From NCBI GenBank assembly GCA_001179505.1, contig CDMY01000417.1, positions 1 through 64,000 of the forward strand: 64,000 bases of DNA. Reading direction: 5' to 3'. The translations under genes were made by a program, and so were the position numbers. Shown here in pieces: positions 1 through 13,224 of this stretch (position 1 is the stretch's first letter; each line of letters starts with the position of its first letter). Source of the stretch: Vitrella brassicaformis CCMP3155. Lineage: Eukaryota; Protista; Chromerida. The notes beneath the pieces are model-generated. The model ran no database searches. It was not told the origin of the DNA and saw only the letters and a program-made list of their open reading frames with translations.

Positions 1-162
1 GTCCCCGCCCCCCTCCCCCTCCCCCTCCCCCAGCCCACACACATCACCCCCACGGCCACCAACTCATCAATGGCCTCGATCGGGTCGCCCCCTACGGACG
101 ACGAGCAGATGATGGAGGTGGACGAGGAGGCCGACATGATGGTGATCGACCACTCACTGTGA
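1..162 (+). CDS. 3' end of a gene that starts upstream of the window (VPAPLPLP...MASIGSPPTDDEQMMEVDEEADMMVIDHSL*), product unknown
   Basis: Frame open from base 1 to TGA at 160-162 with coding-like acidic tail, followed by microsatellite-rich UTR-like sequence. No family recognisable. Confidence 0.45.
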   Translation, partial: VPAPLPLPLPQPTHITPTATNSSMASIGSPPTDDEQMMEVDEEADMMVIDHSL

Positions 163-965
163 GAGCAGACGGATGACCAGGCGGCCAGTCGAGGGCGCCT
201 GTCTGTCTGTCTGGCTGGCTGTCAGTGGTGTGTTTGACGAGAGGGATGGAGATAATTGAGGGGTGGCGAGATGTGACTGCGTAACTTAGCTGGCTGAGCG
301 CGGCGTTTGTCTTGCTACACGGATGCGTTGCCTGTGTGCAGCGACAGATGAATGGACGAGCCACTGATTGAGAGAGGGAGCTGGTTGCAGCACCTGTGTG
401 TGCTGTTGCAGCTGCGTGTGTCTGTCTGATTGACTATTTTTCCTGTCACTGTCTGTCTGCGAGTGTGCCTATCTGTGAGGCGGCGGGCTGGACGGGATGC
501 GCCAATGGGATGGACTCGATCATGATTACATCAATCAAACGGACTTACACACACCATGGGTGACCTCTGATCCACATTAACACATGTACAGGTCTCCCTC
601 GCACAAGTAGATTGTCCGCATGTCAGATGTCATTGAACACACAAAAACACAGCTGTGTCCGTCCGTCCGTCGCCACTCTTGACACATTTCATTCATTCAT
701 TCGTCCGTCCATCCACTGGTCGGTCGGTCGTTCGGTCTCTTCGCTGAGTCGCGCGTATGTGCACTCACTGGCTGACCAGCGATGGATGGCATACCTACCA
801 TACGTGTGGACATCGATCTGTCGTCTGGAAAAGGGAAAACCCCTCCACTCACGCACTCACTCACAGCACAAGGACGGCCCGTCTGCACACATAATTAATG
901 AGATCAGATATCGCTTAATCGTTGGAATGTGTGTGTCCGTTCCCATCGCCTACCTGCTGCGTTAG

Positions 966-1476
966 CTACTGATGCCTGTTGCCCCTATCGGTGGTCGCCT
1001 TGCCCTCCGGGCTGTGCGCGACGCCATAGGTCCGTGCCACCCTGGTCTCCATCGACCCAGCACCAGCAGCAGCACCAGTAGCAGCATACTGGCGCTGGTA
1101 CCCCTGGTGCTGGTGGCTCAGCCGCACGTGGAAGTGCGCCCCGCCAAGCGGTAGTCCCGATCTCGCAGCGACCCTCTCATGTGCAAACCCCACCTGACAG
1201 ATCGGCGGATGATTGACGAGATGTCTCGTTTGCTCTGTAGATGGGCCTTACCATGTTGCTGTTGGTCACTTTGTGCTGGGCGTTGTGTGGTGTGGTGGCC
1301 TCTGTCGGTGTGGTTGGCGAGAAGGGTCTCTGGGCGATCTGGTTGATGTGCAGGTTGAGGTGGGGGGCGGTCTGCGTGTGCGTGGTCGTGTTGGATGAGA
1401 CCGACGGCTGCGGCGTCGACAAAGAGGGCGCCTTGGTGCTGTCAGACGTATATGAGGGATGGAACCTGGCACGCAC

Positions 1477-1534
<58 letters not shown>

Positions 1535-4500
1535 GAGAGAGAGAATGCCATTCCCCCTGTCCATCCATCCATCCATCCATCGTGTGTGCACCCTACCCAC
1601 CACGGGTCTCTTGTGAGGTCTCCCAGGTGTGGCCTGCGATTGGGGTCCAGACTCAACACACGCTGCAGTAGGGCACGCACCGAGGGCGACAGATGGTCTG
1701 GGAGGTAGAACGCCCCACGCACTATCTTCCGGTACAAATCCCTGTGAACGAGCACACAGAAAGTGGGCTTGCTGGGTCTCTGTCGGTCGCTGCAGATTGC
1801 TGCCTCACTTGTCTGTGGCCCCTTTGAATGGGAAGTGCCCGACCAGCATGGCGAAGAGCAGGACACCCAACGCCCACACATCGGCCTTGAAGCCGTCATA
1901 CTCGCGACGCGCCACAACTGCATCAAGACGGCCACACCACACACGCAGAAATTCATTCGTTCGTATGTCGCTTCCGTATTGCTGGCTGGCCATCTGTATT
2001 ACTTTCAGGCGCCATGTATGACGGCGTTCCGCACTGATCGATCCAAACACGGCAAGGCACACCAATACGTGGATCGGACCAAAGTGTACCCACTGCCTGT
2101 CTGCCGGGGTGAGCGTACGAAGATGCGTAGTTTGCGGCCCGGTGCGACAATGGTCGAGAAACCGAAATCGATCAGCTTCACGCGGCCCTCGTCATCCATC
2201 AACAAGTTCTCAAGCTGACACGAGGCCACACCAACAACACCAGAAGAGAAAGAGAGAGTGCAAACCCTGTGTGTGTGCGTGATGGGCAGTATTCTGTACT
2301 TTGATGTCCCTGTGGACGATACTGCGATCGTGGCAGTAGCGCAGCGCATCACACACCTGCATGGCCCATCCATCCATCCATCCATGCATACATACAAACA
2401 CCCTCAACGCCCTCACCCACCCCCACCTGGAGGAAGATGCCCCTGGCCTGTGTCTCGTCGAGTCGCCTGCCGGCCTTTGTTTTGAGGAAGGCGTGTAGCG
2501 ACCCGCCGCCGAGGTACTCCATGATGATGTATATCTGCTTGGGGGTGTCGATGGCCTCGTACATCCGCACTATGCTCGGGTGACACAGACGCTGAAGCAA
2601 CCTGCACACAGGCAGGGCAGACACAAGGGGGGTGAGATGAGGTGTGTGCAGTCTGTCTGCGCCGTTTTATGTGGATGGATGGATGGAAGTGTGTGTGCAT
2701 GCCTGATTTCTCTGCGGACGCTCTTGCGTCTCTGTTGGTCCAGGAGTTTGTACTTCTCGTAAACCTTCACAGCCACCTTCTGATGACTCGCCTGCAGTGC
2801 ACACACACACGTCCACACAGCCATCCATTCATCCGTTTTATGCCATTGCCCTGTTTCCCCCACCCACCCCCCAACAGCCCAACCCACCTTATGGACTCCA
2901 AACCTGACGATGGCATACGCGCCCTGCCCCACCTGCTTGCCCACTTGGTACGCATCCAACGCCGCCGCACACGACAAACCCTGCTGCTGCTGCTGCTGCT
3001 GGTGGTGTTGGGGTGTGTAGCTACTTTGCAGACCTCTAGACGCATGATCAGAGGTCGGGGAAGCGTCGATGGCCTTAGGTGGCCTGGGGGGGTGGGGCGT
3101 GTGTGATGTCGGCACCCCTGTCGAGGGACGGGGCGGGTGCTGTTGGTGGTCAGCAAGGGGCGGAACTGGCGATGCTGCAACACACAGCCAGAGAAATGGA
3201 TGCATATGAAAGCCCTACCATCTTGGTGCTCGGTTGCTTGCCCACCTACCGTCCTTGACATTGGCCAGGCCGTCTTCGCTTTCCTCCCCCTCCCCCTTGA
3301 GCATGCCGACATTCCACTTCTCACGCCTACTGCCCGGCACCGCAGTCACGGCCCTCTGGACACCCTGACGCACATACGATGACCCGCCCACCCTTCCCAG
3401 CACCCCGCCCTCGCCCACGGGCCACCCAGTGAGCGGCGCGCGACCCTCACTCGTGGCCATCAATGTCACTGTGGTGGCCGGCCGGGTGCTCGCGGCTGCG
3501 CTCTCCTCTGCCCCTGCCCCTGCCCCTGGTGCTGCTGCTGCTGCTGCTGTCAGTGCAGGCCTTTTCCCTCCATCTTCCCCTGTGTGTGTGTGGTCCTGGT
3601 GTGCATCGAGGCTCCTGAGCACTGCCTGTCGGCTCACGCTGGCCGGTGAGGCTGCCTGGGGGACCGGGGGAGAGGCGGAGGGGGAGGAGGACTGCTGCAG
3701 TCGGCCTATGTGGAACTCCTTCTGGATGGAGTTCTTCAGAGAGAGACACAGCTTGCCCTCCTGCTGCTGTGGCGGCGGCTGTGTTTGGGGCTGTGGCGGC
3801 CGGCCGGCGAAGAGCGGGCCGGCGGGAGGGGAGTGGAGGCGCGAGAGGAAAGACGAGGGCTTCATGTGGGGATCCTCCTTGCCCCGAGACGAGGAGTGAG
3901 CGGATCCAGACCCGGTCACCCCCCAACCCTTCTGCTGCTGCTGTAGCTGATGCTCCTCCCTCTCGCCCTCATTGCCTCCCACGACGCTATCTGTGTCGTC
4001 TATGTCGATCTCCACGGGAGTCTCGTCCGATGTGGTCGTCCGCTTGGCCGCCGACTCTTCCTTAGTGGCCGCCGTGATGAGGAGCGGCGCCCCCTCGAGC
4101 ACCGGTCGCCATGCCGCCTCCCTCTCTTTCGCAGCCGTGGTCGCAGGCCGGCCCCCACGCTGCGCTGAAGGGGGCCGGGAACGCGACCGAGTGCGAAATG
4201 TCTGCAGACACGGGAGACAATAGGCACAAGATGAGATGAGGGTGTTTGTTTGCATTATATATGCTTCCTTCCATCATTGCTTACCGCTTGTGGTGGAAGG
4301 GGGGGCTTGTCCGAGGGCTTTATGATGCGCAGTTGCGTCGCCAGCTCACGCAGGTCCGATGCCGATGGCGCCACCCAGTTGGATGGGGGCCGCGGATTGG
4401 CTGATGGAGCACTGCGCAGACGGCCAGCCGATGCAGGACGCGACGCTGATAGAGGAGAAACAAACACGGTATGGCAACAGTGACGACGCTTTCCTGCCTC

Positions 4501-5291
4501 TCCTCACTCACCGGCTCGCCTCGGTGTGGCTGTGGACAGCCCCATAGCAAACAGCTGCTGCAGGTGTCCCGGCGCAACGGGGGGACGCGTCGTCCCCACA
4601 GCCCTCTCCCTCCCCAGGTAGGCCCCTCCCCCACCCCTGACGCGTCGTGTCCCAGCAGTGGCCGTCGCCGGCCGCCACGGACGGCTGCCCAGACGCGGCG
4701 TCACGAACGCCCCTGCGATGGCCGGACTATTGGTGCCGGCTGTGGTGGTCCAGTGGGGCTGGGGCGGCGGGTGGTCCAAGCGACGGTGAGAAGGGGTCTG
4801 CTGAAAGTGCGTTTCAGGGCCTGTCTGTGTTCGGCGGACGCCGGCCGTCGAGGGGCGCTTCGGGAGAGCCGCGGAGGAACGGCTGTCCTTGGGGGACTCT
4901 GCAACTGCCGCAGCACAAAGGTCACATTGCCTTTCAGTTCAGTGCAGACACGTGTGACGACCATATCGGTGCAAGACTGACCTGCCTGGCCTTCATGATA
5001 GAGGGAGAACCGGATGTTGTATGGAGGAGTCTTGTGTGAGGGCTGATAGCGATTGTGATGGTGCGGGTAAGACGAGAGATACATCGGTGGATGGGCCGCG
5101 TGGGACGGCGAGGGCGTGGCCGCGCGACGGGTGTGTGCAGACGGGGGTCGCTGCAGCCCTCTGCTTAAGCGCGACGGCGTCACCGGACGCTTCTCGCCTG
5201 CATAAAGTAAGCAGAGATGTACTATGAGCATCATGCGCATGATGCATCGGACATTGCAGTGCATATTGCTGTGTATACCTGCTGTCGGCAT
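966..5291 (-). CDS. Multi-exon CAMK-group Ser/Thr protein kinase (MARK/SNF1-like) with long low-complexity N-terminal extension
   Basis: Spliced exons give the canonical subdomains: VGQGAYAIV, VAVKVYEK, HPSIVRMYE, IMEYLGGGSL, HRDIK-LENLL, VKLIDFGFS, CGTPSYMAPE-I, KADVWALGVLLF, LDPNRRP. GT-AG junctions checked in phase for the MAPE/I junction. Start MPTA|GEKR at 5291 inferred from a phase-compatible first intron, so the N-terminal exon structure is less certain. Confidence 0.9.
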
Positions 5292-5416
5292 CGCCGTAGC
5301 TCTTCAACTCGCTGCTACGAGGCTGACAACGCTTTTGGGGCAGTTCTTTTGTGGTGGGGGTCATCGCAGGGGCGCGAGCTCGCCAGTCTCCGTCCTTTCT
5401 GGTTTTTTCACTGCAA

Positions 5417-8296
5417 ATGGCTGAGGCGGACTGGTGCAGTGGTGCCGCAAGGGTCTACAGATGCTTCGACCGTACGCACACCCACATCTCCTTCTGGAAT
5501 GAACATTACAATGGATGGGATGTTGCTGTGCGTGTGTGTGCGTCCAGGACCACCTGCGCTGCTCGAAGAGGTCTTGGAGAGGATGGGCTGGAGGCCCCAC
5601 GAACTCTCGACGCCCTCCACCCAGGCCGGCGACTCGTCAGCCACATCCCGCTCACCCTCACGGCCACTCACTCGGCTCTCCACCCACCAGCCACAGGAGT
5701 CCCCCACATCCTCGGACCTCTCATCGGAGGCGCCCCGCATTCACGCTTCCTCAGACAGAAGGCGGCTCGCCAAGAGGCTGCATTATTCAAGCAATCGCGG
5801 CGTGTGGTCTTTGGCGTGGAAGTCTGGAAGGTTCTGCCGGTCTGATTATCTGGATCTTTTGGACTATCAGCGCCTAAATCACTTCCAGAACTCGGCGTCG
5901 ATAACGCGGAAGGACAGGATGATACGAGAGCTCAGGAAGATGAAGGTGGGCTGGATGACTTGTGTCTGTCGACGGCTGGCTTCGTCGAGGTTTCCGCCGG
6001 TTTCAGGCCATCCATGGGTCTGCCTACTCGTTTATCCCCACATCGTTCATCTTGCCCTCAGAGCACAAGCGATTTCTCAAGGCCCACACAGCGCTCCAAC
6101 GTGCTCACCATCACGCAAGGCATTCTTTACCCACACATAAACATGTCTCACTGTCTTTCAGGTCCTGCCAACCATGCCGCGGCGCCATCTCCCTCTCCCT
6201 CTCCCCCGCCCGATAGGCGCACGCGGGATTTCCAGATGATCATGCGACTCTATGAGCAGCAAAAGAGGAAACTCGAGAGTATGCCGCCCGTGGTCTCGCT
6301 GTCAAAAGGAGCGAGGAAACGCCCAATAGCCCGCCCAGTGCTGCAGAGGCCTCAGACGCGGACAAGGGTGAAAACAGCCGAGAGTGCGTCGTCGTGCGGG
6401 AGTGAGGACGAAGACACGAGAGGAGGAGAGAGAAACGGGTCTTGTGTGTTCATCTGCAAGCCGGCCGATTGCTCTCGAGGGCGGAACATCACACTTGCTC
6501 GGGTGAGACAACACAACGTGATATATCAGGGTGGGTTTTGCTGGCTGTCTCATATATTCTTTGTGCCATGTGCTGTGCACGGACAGGATTTGTCGGATCT
6601 TCGATACGACCAGCAGTCGATCATCCAGCGGTACATCGCCAAACCTTTGCTCATCGAATCCTATAAGGTGAACGCACCATTAGAGAGACATGGTGGATGG
6701 ATGGATGGATGGCATCTGGTGCCGTGTGTGTGTGTCTGTCTGCCGTCCGTTCAGTGGGACTTGCGCGTCTACGTTTTCGTCCCCAGTGTGCATCCGCTGC
6801 AAGTGTATCTGTACGATGAGGGCGTCGTGCGGTTCAGCAGTGAGCCCTACAACATACACAGCAACAGCCCATTCGTGCACCTCACCAACGCGTAAGTAAG
6901 GAGAGAGAGACATACCGAGGGCATTCTCTGTTTTCGAAGCGGCTCCATTACCGTGTTTCCATCTCAGCTCCATCAACAATCGGAACCCCCGTAGCTTTTC
7001 GACACATTGTGGCACGGCAGCCATCGGTGCAGAGCGAAAGTGGTCGTTCCGTACGCTGCGAGGATACCTACAGGTCGCGAACTGGCCGCCACTCTCTGTT
7101 TGTTTCTATGGACACAGATGTCCTACCGTGTCTCACCTGTCTGTCTGCAGTCTCGCGGCATTTCTCCCGAGTCTCTATGGAACCAGGTTGTTGAGATCAT
7201 AAGGCTGACATGCTTGACGCTGCCTCTCAATATCCCCACGTGCGAGTGACAAAATAGATACTGGGTGTACACGCCAGGCAGACAGTGAGTGCGTGGCTTA
7301 TAGGGGTATGTATGTATCTTTTTCTTTCTTCCTTCAGCGCTGCTTCAGAAAACTGCTTTGAGCTGTTTGGTTTTGATATCCTCGTCGATGAAAAGCTCAA
7401 GGCATGGCTCATTGAGGTGGGCGCGGCGCAATGCTCTCTTGTGCGTGGACATCGATCTCATGTGCTGTCTTGCCTTCAGGTCAATTGCTCCCCCTCACTC
7501 ACAGCATCCGGCCCTATAGACCGAGCGGTGAAGGAGGCCCTTTTGACCGACACGATTGATCTCCTGGCGCAGCTGACCAAGACAGCAACGACGACACTCA
7601 CATGCGGCACACCCTTAGTCTTCCCATCGTCACCCGTCCCCAGCTGCCCCACTTCACCCAAACAGACACGACACACAGATGAGGTCCGCCCGCCGAGCTG
7701 GCAGGAGAGCCCAACCGTGTCTCCGAGGATACACAGGGCGACCAGCGCCAAATCGCCGAGAGGGAATAGAGCATGGAACGGAACGGATTGTGATCTGTCG
7801 GGGGCTGGTGCTGGGCGGTTGACGCCTCCTGCCTCTCCGCGACATCCAGAAAAAGCGACAAAGGTACGATTGTGTGGATGCCAGAACGGTCTTCACTAGA
7901 CTCTCTGCCTGCTTTCGCCTTCAGGGTCGTCTTCGCTCAGGCCAATATCGTCTGGTGTTCCCCTACAATGAGGCCACGCTGGAAGCTTCCCTGGACCTCA
8001 ACAGGCTCTCTCGCGTGGGCCACATTGCCTCCTCCTCATGCCGCACCTCCATGTGTGCGCCCAGCCGCATCCCCCCATCCCACCCCCCACACTTCTATTT
8101 TTCCTGTGTGCCCCCGCCCTGCTCCCCTTTTGTCAATGGCTCTCCACCACGTTGGCCCGATGCGGTGCGGGCCGGCGTCCCTTTCGTGCAGTCGGGCGCA
8201 CGCGACACTTTCATGCACGACAAGATTCGGGAAGTCGTGAGGGACATCGTGAGGGAAAGACATGACGATAGGGGGAGGAGGAGCAAGAGGGGGTGA
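5417..8296 (+). CDS. Tubulin-tyrosine ligase-like (TTLL) protein, probable tubulin polyglutamylase
   Basis: Exons encode [93 protein letters not shown], all TTL ATP-grasp motifs. Start MAEADW...FDR|PPALLEEV joined by a phase-1 GT-AG intron. TTLL paralog not assignable. Confidence 0.92.
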
Positions 8297-8859
8297 CAAG
8301 CCAACAGGCAGGTGACCAGTTTTGTGTGCGTGTGTGTCGTGTGTGTGTGGGCGTCTGGTCTTCGTTGCACCGTTTGTGCCATGAATGCATTTGGAGTTTT
8401 CGGCCGCGTTCGCTTCTCTAGTTTGTTGACTGCGTCAGTCTCATGCCAAAGTTCATGCATGTAGGATGTGGTGTGTTCTAACGAACGCACACAGACGAAT
8501 TGTGTCCCCTTTCTGTTGCTCGGTTCCTGGCCCCTAGACTTCCTTCCTCTTTCGCTCCCTCTGTTGTTCAAGGGACGGACCTACATATGGCGTGCAGGCT
8601 CCTCTCTCAATGGACAGATCCAAGGACATGGATGGAATGCATGGAAGAAATGGCATGGCCACTCCTCTCCTCTCTCGCTCTATACAGCTCTCTGCACGAC
8701 GCTCTCACTCTCACTCTCTCTCTCAGCGCAGGTGCAAAATCTCACGAAACGGCACGTACACCTGCTCTGTGTGTGCGCACGGAAGGCATAGGCCTCTCTC
8801 CCCGTCCTTTCTCCCTCATACTTCTTCCATATCGACTTCGTTTCTCAAAACATGCAGCT

Positions 8860-8932
8860 GGCCAGAAGCAAGCACCGTGCCTGCTGTCTACAGGCACGGT
8901 GTAGACAGCAGGCAAGGTGCTTGCCTCTGGCC
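8860..8932. repeat. Near-perfect inverted repeat (33 bp arms, 7 nt loop)
   Basis: Left arm 8860-8892 ggccagaagcaagcaccgtgcctgctgtctaca matches the reverse complement of 8900-8932 at 31/33 positions; loop ggcacgg (8893-8899). Confidence 0.9.
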
Positions 8933-8962
8933 TTCCATCCATCCACCCACCCTGCGTCACCA

Positions 8963-10152
8963 TCACTTCGAGAGGAAGGGATAGGGCTTGTCGGTCACCA
9001 GGTCCTGGGCGATGGACGCAGCAATGCTGACATGACAACAGACAGACACAGGCACACAACACATTCACGTGAGCCAGAATGACCTGGGTTCACACGCGTA
9101 CCCGAGCATGGCGAGCCTGCCGTTGTTGAGCTCCTTATTCTGGTACTCGCGGAACTGCTCGGGGTCCTCAGGGCCCTGGTCAATGATGACACGCAGAGAA
9201 TGAATGGCACACATACAGGCGTCACGTCACGAGGCTCGCCTTACTCACCTTGTACCACCAAGCCGGGCCGAGGTCGCCGACGTACGTGCCCTGATCAGTA
9301 ACACCACACACCACAGTGCCTGCCGTCACTGAGTCATTCCTCCTTCCCTTTACCCTCGCCACGCACCTCTGCGTTTGGCTTGAAGACGAGCAGGTCGAGG
9401 AACCCAACGAACGCGAAGAGCTGCGCGAGGCCGGCAGGGGGGATGACCTTCAGGGCATCAACACCCGCGGGGATGTCGGCGAACTTGAGCTCCGGATCGG
9501 TCGCCAGCCAGCCGTCGAATTTGAAGAAGTACGGCACGGCGTACCCAATCACGGCGAGCATCGCCACGCGGCCGTGCTTGATCTCAGCAAGGCGGTAGCG
9601 CTGGTAGGTCTGCACACACGAGCGAGCGTCCAGGACAGGACAGCGAGCCATGGTCTGCGTGTGGCGCATCCACCCACCTCATCAGTCGGCCCCTTATCCT
9701 TTGAGAAGCCAAGAGGGTCGAAGAACCCGACAGGCTGAGTGACACCAGGCTCCGCCTGCCATTACAACAAGGAGTCACGGACACACGAGTGATCTCCCTT
9801 TTCACGCCTTGTGATCTTTGCCGCCTGTCTGTGTCTGTGTGACTGCTGTGCTTACGTCCAGCGCCATCTGGAGGTTGGGCTTGGCTGCAGCATTGCGGGT
9901 CATCCTGCAACAAGACGACAAACACGACCCGTCGTCACAGCGATGAACAGCAGCTCACTCATAGACTCGCTTGCTGTGCCAACGCAGCCTTGTCTTCGCA
10001 GAGCGATTGCATGAGTGAGTCTGTCATCTTCCTCGCTCGCTTCGTCAGTCAGTGCTTCTGATGTGTCTGAGTGCTCACCGCTGCAGGGGAGTGGAAGGGA
10101 CAAAGGCATGGGCCGTGGCGGCGAGAAGGGCAATCGCGACAACGACCTTCAT
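8963..10152 (-). CDS. Light-harvesting complex protein (red-lineage chlorophyll a/carotenoid-binding LHC, FCP-like), plastid-targeted
   Basis: Spliced: MKVVVAIALLAATAHA-FVPSTPLQR (signal peptide + F), AEPGVTQPVGFFDPLGFS, YRLAEIKHGRVAMLAVIG (helix 1), YQNKELNNGRLAMLG (helix 3), ends DKPYPFLSK* (TGA 8963-8965). Confidence 0.95.
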
Positions 10153-10347
10153 CCCTGTTCAACTCAATCTCCCAGCCTTTGGTTTCACGGCGCCCCGGTG
10201 TAAAGTAAACTTGGCCTCCCTCCCGCGCCCGCGTGGTCATTGTGAAACCGCCAACCATGACAAAACTGTCAGCCACCATGCATGTTCATGCCGCACCGAA
10301 AAATTTCCCATCTGACTGTTCACTCACAAACCTACTGCTCCTCTCGT

Positions 10348-13014
10348 TCATTTCCGCTGTCTAACTCCCTCCCTCAGCTGCTGCTCATCGGCACCAGCAC
10401 TGCCACTCAGCACCTCGTCCGGCAGGCCCGCGGTGCCCTGACTGACCGGCCCCGCATTATTGTTGTGCATCATCATGTGGTGTTGTGACACCAACTCGCT
10501 CTCCTCGATCACCTTCTGCAAGACGGTGTCGGAGCAGTTGGGCACACAGGTGTGAATCGCCACACCAATCAGCAGCAGGGCGTGCTCGAGGCCGAAGACA
10601 ATGAAGGCCACGGGCAGGCCCTTTCCTTGCTTGATCCACTGATTACCGCCCCGTCTGACGAAGTAGGACGGCAAGTACTGCATGAGCTGCTCGGACGAGA
10701 AGGCGAACAGGAAGCAGTTGCAGGGGACGGCGAGCCACACGAGGGTGTTGAGCACGGCCCGCCATCTGCCGATGCCGTAGAGAGATGGCTGCGATGGGTT
10801 GGTGGGGTGCAGGGGAAGTGCGTCGCCGTGGGGAATGGGCCGACGGCACACAAAAAACAGCTTGAAGAGGTCCGAACGGATCTGAGTTCATGCAGAGAGA
10901 CAAGCCATGTTGCTGCTGACTGATCCATGGGCTGTTTGCTGTGCCCCTCACTCACCTACCTCGATAAGGTTCTGCACGATGGAAAGCAGCGATGCCAGGG
11001 GGAATGCACTTGCGAACAAGGTGACGTAGCCAAACTGAATGACGATCTCGAGATAGTCGTCAAACGCCTTTAGGTGTGCATGACATGACAGCGGACATGG
11101 CCGGACATGATAGCACATGCAGGCAGCCCCTACCCACCCTAAGTCACCTCATATTCATCCAATGCCATGTTCCTCTCCACCTCTTGCTCTGCCGTCTGCT
11201 TGTCGCCATTGCCACGGAGCCTCGACACAAAAGAATCGGTGCGCATGAAGCCACCAGGCTTCAGCGAAGCTGCGTCCAACGAGTGCAGGACCAGCGGGAT
11301 GAGCGATTCCGTGACAACTCGGCGGATGCAGTCGGCCACGTAGAGAGATTGGAGCTCGCGCCGCAGCTGCAGGATGTCGAGCTCATAAAAGGCGATGTAA
11401 ATGAGGGGGAAATAGCAATCAATCGACTCGAAGACAAACCTGCACACACACATCAGACACATGAATGACGGCAGGCAGCTGTGTATGCGTGCAGTTCGCT
11501 TCTCACCGCTTCAGCAGCAGGGCATCGAGCGTCTCGTCGAGGCTGCGACCCTCCACGCCATCGGTGGATGGATGCAGGCTGACCCCTCCCCCCTCCCACA
11601 CAGTGAGGTGCCACGCTATCCAGCGGTAAGTCGCGTTGATGAGGTAGATGACGGCCACGTGCACAATGACTGGGAAGAGCGACACTAGCATGGGGCCACT
11701 GGGATCAAACACAGCGCCTGAAGGACAAGAAACACGCAGCGTGGGTATGCCGATGTGGTCGTATCTGTGTTGCCACCTGGTTTAGAGAAGCGAGCCACGG
11801 CAGGGAAGTAGAAGACGTTCCTCCCCCCTCTCTCCAGCCCCTCTGCCGTGCCGTCCTTCCCGCCAGACACGTACCCCTGCAAATTGAGCGAGATGATCTG
11901 CAGCATGGCCACCCCCATCAGCAGCACTAAAGTCACCAGCCACGACACGCCCGCCTTAGCAAAGTACACCACTCGCGCACTCAAAGAGATTCGTGACACA
12001 AATGACAGCCGGCGGAATCGAGCAGTCAGCTTCTTCCACACAACGGGCCTGTTGTCATGCTTTGGCTGCACGTGTTGGCGAGAGGGCTGGCGAGAGGGTG
12101 GGTGAAGGATGTGGGGTGTGGGGTCGCTCCACAGGTACGTCAATTCCGTCTCGCGACGCTGCCAGCACTTGATGTAGGTAAAGCTCCAGAGCACCAGGAA
12201 CAGAGAATAGAGCGGAACAGCCGCGCTGTCATCGACTGTTTCATCCGCTGGCCGAAGCACGTAGAGCACCAATCCTGAAACACAGACAGACAAACACGCA
12301 ATGAGGACATAGATGGGACCTTTCCTGTGTTTTCATCCGTTTTTCCTTACCGAGTACTGCAGGCCCCACAAGCCACGTCAAATAGTGGTCCATCCAAGCA
12401 AAGTAGAACGCGACGCGCGGACCAAAGTACGACAACACGGCAGGCAGCTCCTCCTCCAGAGAGAACCACGCCAGCGGCGAGAGGAACCGCCAGAAGTGCC
12501 GCATCCTATCCCTCACACTGCCGTGCAGCGGCGTGGCCGTCTCGATGACGCCAATCGACTGACACACACCCAGAAAGTCGTGCAACACAATAGCAGCGCC
12601 GTTGTTGAAGTGATCGGCCAGTGCTTGGAGCGAGGCGTCATACTGGACAGGCACGGACATCAGCGAGTTCCACAACCGAAGAGTGGCTGGCGTCCTGATG
12701 GGGATCTTGTCGTCATCGACGTACTGCGGATCTCCCTCGACAGTCACGATGAGCGACAGACGGCCGTTCTTGAGAGTGGTTTCGGTGGCCGAGCAGCGCA
12801 GCTTCCCCGCTTGAGCTTGAGCCGTCGCCGCATTGCAGGACAGTGCTGCTTCCGACGCCGAGGGGCTCGACGATTCTCCCTTTGATGAGCCGCTGAGGCC
12901 CAGCGCCTTCTTCAGAGCATTGCATACAGCCGCCTGCGGGATGCTGCTGTCGCCCTTGATCACAACAGCCACCCGCAGCTCCGTTGCGCACGGTTTCTTC
13001 GAGTCAGCAGACAT
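10348..13014 (-). CDS. Anoctamin/TMEM16 family protein (ANO10-like scramblase/channel)
   Basis: [97 protein letters not shown] are anoctamin signature segments; multiple TM exons. Confidence 0.93.
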
Positions 13015-13224
13015 TATCTCGGCTCCTGCTGCAGCGCTTGGAAGATCCTCGCTTGAGTCTTGTCGTGCTCATCGATCCCTTGCAGATGGACTGCTTTCTT
13101 GGGGCGTTGCCGCTGACAAAGTATTAAGCTCGCAGTGCGAGATCAGCGCAGGGCACCGCTGGAGATCAGCCCCAGCCCAAAATGACAGATCACGCCTGAC
13201 GGAGCTCCCCTTCAGCAGCCCGTG
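13015..13224. promoter_or_regulatory. Putative bidirectional promoter (anoctamin / TSEN34-like)
   Basis: 210 bp between divergent start codons; contains four AGATC motifs (13043, 13140, 13163, 13187). Confidence 0.55.

Noticed and set aside
2975-3005. CAG/CTG trinucleotide runs (also near 3530, 19880, 55330, 59580)
   Set aside because: Short poly-Q/poly-A tracts or leader repeats typical of this genome; not a distinct element.
4993-5364. ORF MTPTTKELP... as the kinase N-terminus
   Set aside because: After the first intron this frame hits a stop at 4993. The MPTA|GEKR frame (start 5291) stays open.
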